A DNA stretch of 64,000 nt, taken from contig JAYWGM010000079.1 of assembly GCA_043778225.1 (NCBI GenBank), forward strand, positions 14,094 to 78,093, read 5' to 3'. Source of the stretch: Deinococcales bacterium. GTDB lineage: Bacteria; Deinococcota; Deinococci; Deinococcales; JAAFIG01. Every line of letters begins with the position of its first letter. Positions within the stretch are counted from its first letter, which is position 1. The notes under the pieces are model-generated. The model was not told the origin of the DNA. It did no database searches and saw only the letters and a program-made list of their open reading frames with translations. A program made the position numbers and the translations under genes. Below, one piece after another: positions 61,021 to 64,000 of this stretch.

Positions 61021-61455
61021 TCACCTTACGAAACCAATACCAGCTTGATATTGAATTGGCTGTCCTACTGGAATACCTTTTTCGCCCCAGTCGTACTCTG
61101 GTAAAGCCTCACCCATGTCTGCCTCGAGCCAGCGCTGGGTTTCGGTGTCTAATTCATGGGCTGAAATCAGGGCTTCGTACTCTGCAATTGGTAGCAGTGC
61201 AAAGGTTTTTTTGCCTTGTTCATTGTAAACAAATTGGTGTTGGCTGGTACTCATACTTCCTCCTTTAATCTGCGGCTGCCCTTGCTCGAGCCGAGCCATA
61301 AAACTTTGAATATCTAAATTCTCGAGTTCACCTGTGCTGGTGTTAAATCGTCCTAGCATTTCATTAGCTACATGATCCGAAATTTGTGTGGCATTGCGTG
61401 GCACAAAGTCGAATGCCAGTGTATCGCTGGTTTTGTCGTATGAAACTGTGGTCAT
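61021..61455 (-). CDS. In-frame fusion of a DUF2283-like module and an antitoxin-like module (own SD and ATG at 61254)
   Basis: YDKTSDTLAF N-half; QHQFVYNEQGKKTFALLPIAEYEAL C-half; AAGGAGGAAGTATG inside. Confidence 0.65.
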   Translation of the reverse strand: MTTVSYDKTSDTLAFDFVPRNATQISDHVANEMLGRFNTSTGELENLDIQSFMARLEQGQPQIKGGSMSTSQHQFVYNEQGKKTFALLPIAEYEALISAHELDTETQRWLEADMGEALPEYDWGEKGIPVGQPIQYQAGIGFVR

Positions 61456-61518
61456 GTTTTACCTCCTCGTCTCGAGTCTAGCGGATTTTGTTAGTGGCTT
61501 GGGCTTGGGGCAGGGCAA

Positions 61519-61542
61519 GGGCGAGGCAAGCCCCGCCCTTAC
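61519..61542 (-). repeat. GTAG-type REP (GTAA variant)
   Basis: One mismatch from 30195-30218. Confidence 0.8.
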
Positions 61543-61551
61543 GGTTTGGGT

Positions 61552-63822
61552 TTAATTGCGGAGCGGCTTACCAGTTTTCAGGGTGTGTGCAATCCGTTCT
61601 TGGGTTTTTCGTGTGCCGCACAGGTACAAAAAGGCTTCTCGCTCGAGGTCAAGAAAATGCTGCTCGGGCAGTTTTGCTTGGCGATTCATGTTGCCACCCG
61701 CCAGAATTTTTGCAAGCTGCATCGCCACCACGCCGTCGTGTTCGGAGGCTTGACGGCTCAGTTGTAAGCCGTGAACAGCAACTTTAATGTTGGCTATCGC
61801 ACTTTCGCCCATCGCAATAATCTCGGCTCGAGGCTGTGGTTGCACATAGTCTTTTGCCATCTCGAGAATCTTGGTTTTGGCATCAGAAAGTAGCCTATCG
61901 CGGTTCATAGTGATGCCATCGGAGCGCTTTAAGTAGCCTAAGTCCCTTGCCTCGAGTGCGGAGGTGCTGGTTTTTGCCAGCGCAATTTGTTCAAAGGCTT
62001 TACGGACAGCACTAAACGGGTCTTCATTGGGCAAAAGCGCTTCGGTAAAACGAGCCAGCATTTCGGTTGTGCCACCACCGCCGGGAATTAAGCCCACCCC
62101 AGCCTCGACCAAGCCCATGTACAGTTCGGCATGAGCTTGTACATGGTCGGCGTACAAACTAATCTCGCAGCCACCACCGAGCGCCAAGCCAAATGGTGCG
62201 GAAACTGTTGGGAATGGGCCATAGCGCATCGAGAGAACGAATTTTTGAAACTGACGAATAGACAAATCAATCTCGTCAAAATCGCCTTCTTGGGCTTGGA
62301 GCAGCAGCACCGCCAAATTCGCACCAGCGCTGAAATTATCACCTTGATTGCCGACAACCAGACCAGCAAAAGACTCTGGGACAACTTTCTGAGCGTGCTG
62401 CATGGCACGAACCATGTCTTCGCCTAAGGCATTGGCTTTACTATGAAACTCGAGCAGCGCCACACCATCACCAATATCCACCAGACTCGCGCCTTGCCAT
62501 GCTTTAATAATTTTGCTCGAGTCGCGTTTTAAGTCGCGCAGCAGCAATTTACCATCGGTTTTTTGTCCAGCACTTTCGGGATAAAAAGCACTCCCCTGCT
62601 CGAGAAGCGGCGGTACATCCAAGCCCAGTGCCTTAATCCCAGCAATCACATTGTCGTGTCCGAGGGCATCGGTCAGGTCAAACGCACCAATTTCCCAGTT
62701 GAAGCCCCATTTCAGGGCATTGTCCACCTCGAGTACCGTGTCGGCACAGGCGGGGATATTTTTCGCCGCAAACCAAATTAAGCCGTAGACATTGCGGCGC
62801 ACCAATTCGCCGATTGAATTCTCGAGCTTTAAGAGCGCCTTAATTCGCGCTACAGCATTTGGTAAGGCACGAATATCATCTGGAACACGCACCCGACCAT
62901 TATCTTTGTACTCGAGTGTTTCGTAATCAAGGGTTAAAATAACGCTTTTACCATCCTTACCTTTGACGCGCTTAAAAAAGCCTTCGCCAGTCTTTTCGCC
63001 TAAGCGCCCCATTTCGACCAGTTTTTCCCAAATGGCTGGCGGCGCATAATCAAAACCGGTACTCGAGCCAAGGTTTTTGGCAACTGCCAAACCAATGTCT
63101 AAGCCCGATAAATCGTTGGTGCGAAAACTGGCACTCGAGGCTCGACCAACCAATGGACCAAGAATCGCATCCACTTCGTCGGGACGCAAACCAAGCTCGA
63201 CTGCATCGCGCACCGTATGCACCATGCCCCACACACCAATACGGTTGGCAATAAATCCAGCCACGTCTTTGGCAACAACCACGCCTTTGCCAAGAATTTT
63301 ATCGCCAAACTCGGAGACGGCGGCAATCACTTCTGGGGCTGTGTCGGCGGTCGGAATGACCTCGAGCAGTTTCAGGTAACGCGGCGGATTAAAAAAGTGT
63401 GTACCGACAAAACGCTGCTTAAACTCGAGACCTCGGTCTTGGATTTGTAAGTGCATTGGAATTCCGCTCGAGTTGCTGCTGACGATTGCCTTTGTACCTG
63501 TGGCTTCGACTTTAGCCCAGAAATCTTGTTTGACATCTAAGCGCTCGAGAATTGCTTCAAAAATCCAGTCCACACCCGTTAATTTGCTAATGTCGTCCTC
63601 GAGATTGCCAAGGGTGATAAGTTGGGCGCACTTGGGGTGCATAAAGGCAGCCGGTTTGGCTTTTAGCGCCCGCTCGAGACCTTTTTTAACAACTTCGTTT
63701 TTGTCCGCGCCAGTGCCAGCAATATCTAAAAGCAGGACGGGAATACCAGCATTTGCCAGATGTGCAGCGACAGCCGCACCCATTGTACCAGAGCCGACGA
63801 CGGCAGCTTTACGAATCTTCAT
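61552..63822 (-). CDS. fadN: 3-hydroxyacyl-CoA dehydrogenase/enoyl-CoA hydratase family protein (FadN-like)
   Basis: GSGTMG, SNSSG, HFFNPPRY, FSAGANL, GGGCE, GKPLRN C-terminus. Confidence 0.9.
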   Translation of the reverse strand: MKIRKAAVVGSGTMGAAVAAHLANAGIPVLLLDIAGTGADKNEVVKKGLERALKAKPAAFMHPKCAQLITLGNLEDDISKLTGVDWIFEAILERLDVKQDFWAKVEATGTKAIVSSNSSGIPMHLQIQDRGLEFKQRFVGTHFFNPPRYLKLLEVIPTADTAPEVIAAVSEFGDKILGKGVVVAKDVAGFIANRIGVWGMVHTVRDAVELGLRPDEVDAILGPLVGRASSASFRTNDLSGLDIGLAVAKNLGSSTGFDYAPPAIWEKLVEMGRLGEKTGEGFFKRVKGKDGKSVILTLDYETLEYKDNGRVRVPDDIRALPNAVARIKALLKLENSIGELVRRNVYGLIWFAAKNIPACADTVLEVDNALKWGFNWEIGAFDLTDALGHDNVIAGIKALGLDVPPLLEQGSAFYPESAGQKTDGKLLLRDLKRDSSKIIKAWQGASLVDIGDGVALLEFHSKANALGEDMVRAMQHAQKVVPESFAGLVVGNQGDNFSAGANLAVLLLQAQEGDFDEIDLSIRQFQKFVLSMRYGPFPTVSAPFGLALGGGCEISLYADHVQAHAELYMGLVEAGVGLIPGGGGTTEMLARFTEALLPNEDPFSAVRKAFEQIALAKTSTSALEARDLGYLKRSDGITMNRDRLLSDAKTKILEMAKDYVQPQPRAEIIAMGESAIANIKVAVHGLQLSRQASEHDGVVAMQLAKILAGGNMNRQAKLPEQHFLDLEREAFLYLCGTRKTQERIAHTLKTGKPLRN

Positions 63823-63848
63823 AGTTACTCCTGAGTTAAAAATAGAAT

Positions 63849-63865
63849 TTTATACTAAGTACAAA
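63849..63865. promoter_or_regulatory. Imperfect palindrome upstream of fadN; candidate repressor operator
   Basis: TTTATACT-A-AGTACAAA (8-1-8, one mismatch). Confidence 0.45.
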
Positions 63866-64000
63866 TTGTAGAACACTTGGGGCGCAAAATCTAGTTGCTC
63901 GAGTCTAAGAGCGTGTTTATAAAGTGGGTAAAGTCGGTCAGAATTAAGCTGTGAAACAAAAAACCTATACCAGTAGCCTTACCCGTGAACAGTTTAAGCG

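Noticed and set aside
1..64000. CTCGAG excess as a cloning or assembly artefact (XhoI concatemers)
   Set aside because: The sites lie inside intact conserved ORFs in all frames without breaking them.

Overview
Bacterial chromosomal window, most likely Deinococcota (inferred from many leaderless genes with a TANNNT box 5-7 nt before the start, a Thermus/Deinococcus-type 14-gene nuo operon with a Rex-like operator, and a short AddA-like helicase). Main content: a secreted S8 protease (5'-truncated), an LCP protein, two divergent tRNA-Arg(CCT), a two-component pair, a 7-gene type-IV-pilus-type chemosensory operon, an AddA-like helicase/nuclease, a ferredoxin-Crp/Fnr operon, several toxin-antitoxin loci, a complete nuoA-N operon, galE-thyA-folA, hisN, deoC and a fadN-fadA beta-oxidation operon. 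Four unusual layers stand out. (1) CTCGAG is massively over-represented, like a HIP, and absent from some AT-rich genes that look recently acquired. (2) The nuo and fad operons are interrupted at gene junctions by co-oriented accessory genes (a putative restriction-modification pair, TA genes and relics, a Uma2 protein, a stand-alone EF-G domain IV-like protein), and several junctions contain tiny ORFs that overlap the flanking stop and start codons. (3) Two families of intergenic repeats occur: GTAG-type REPs and (GTNAAAAG)n inverted arrays. (4) A structured 38-39 bp micro-element is found three times, each time inserted cleanly inside one of those other repeats. All protein calls come from motif recognition by eye, not database searches.
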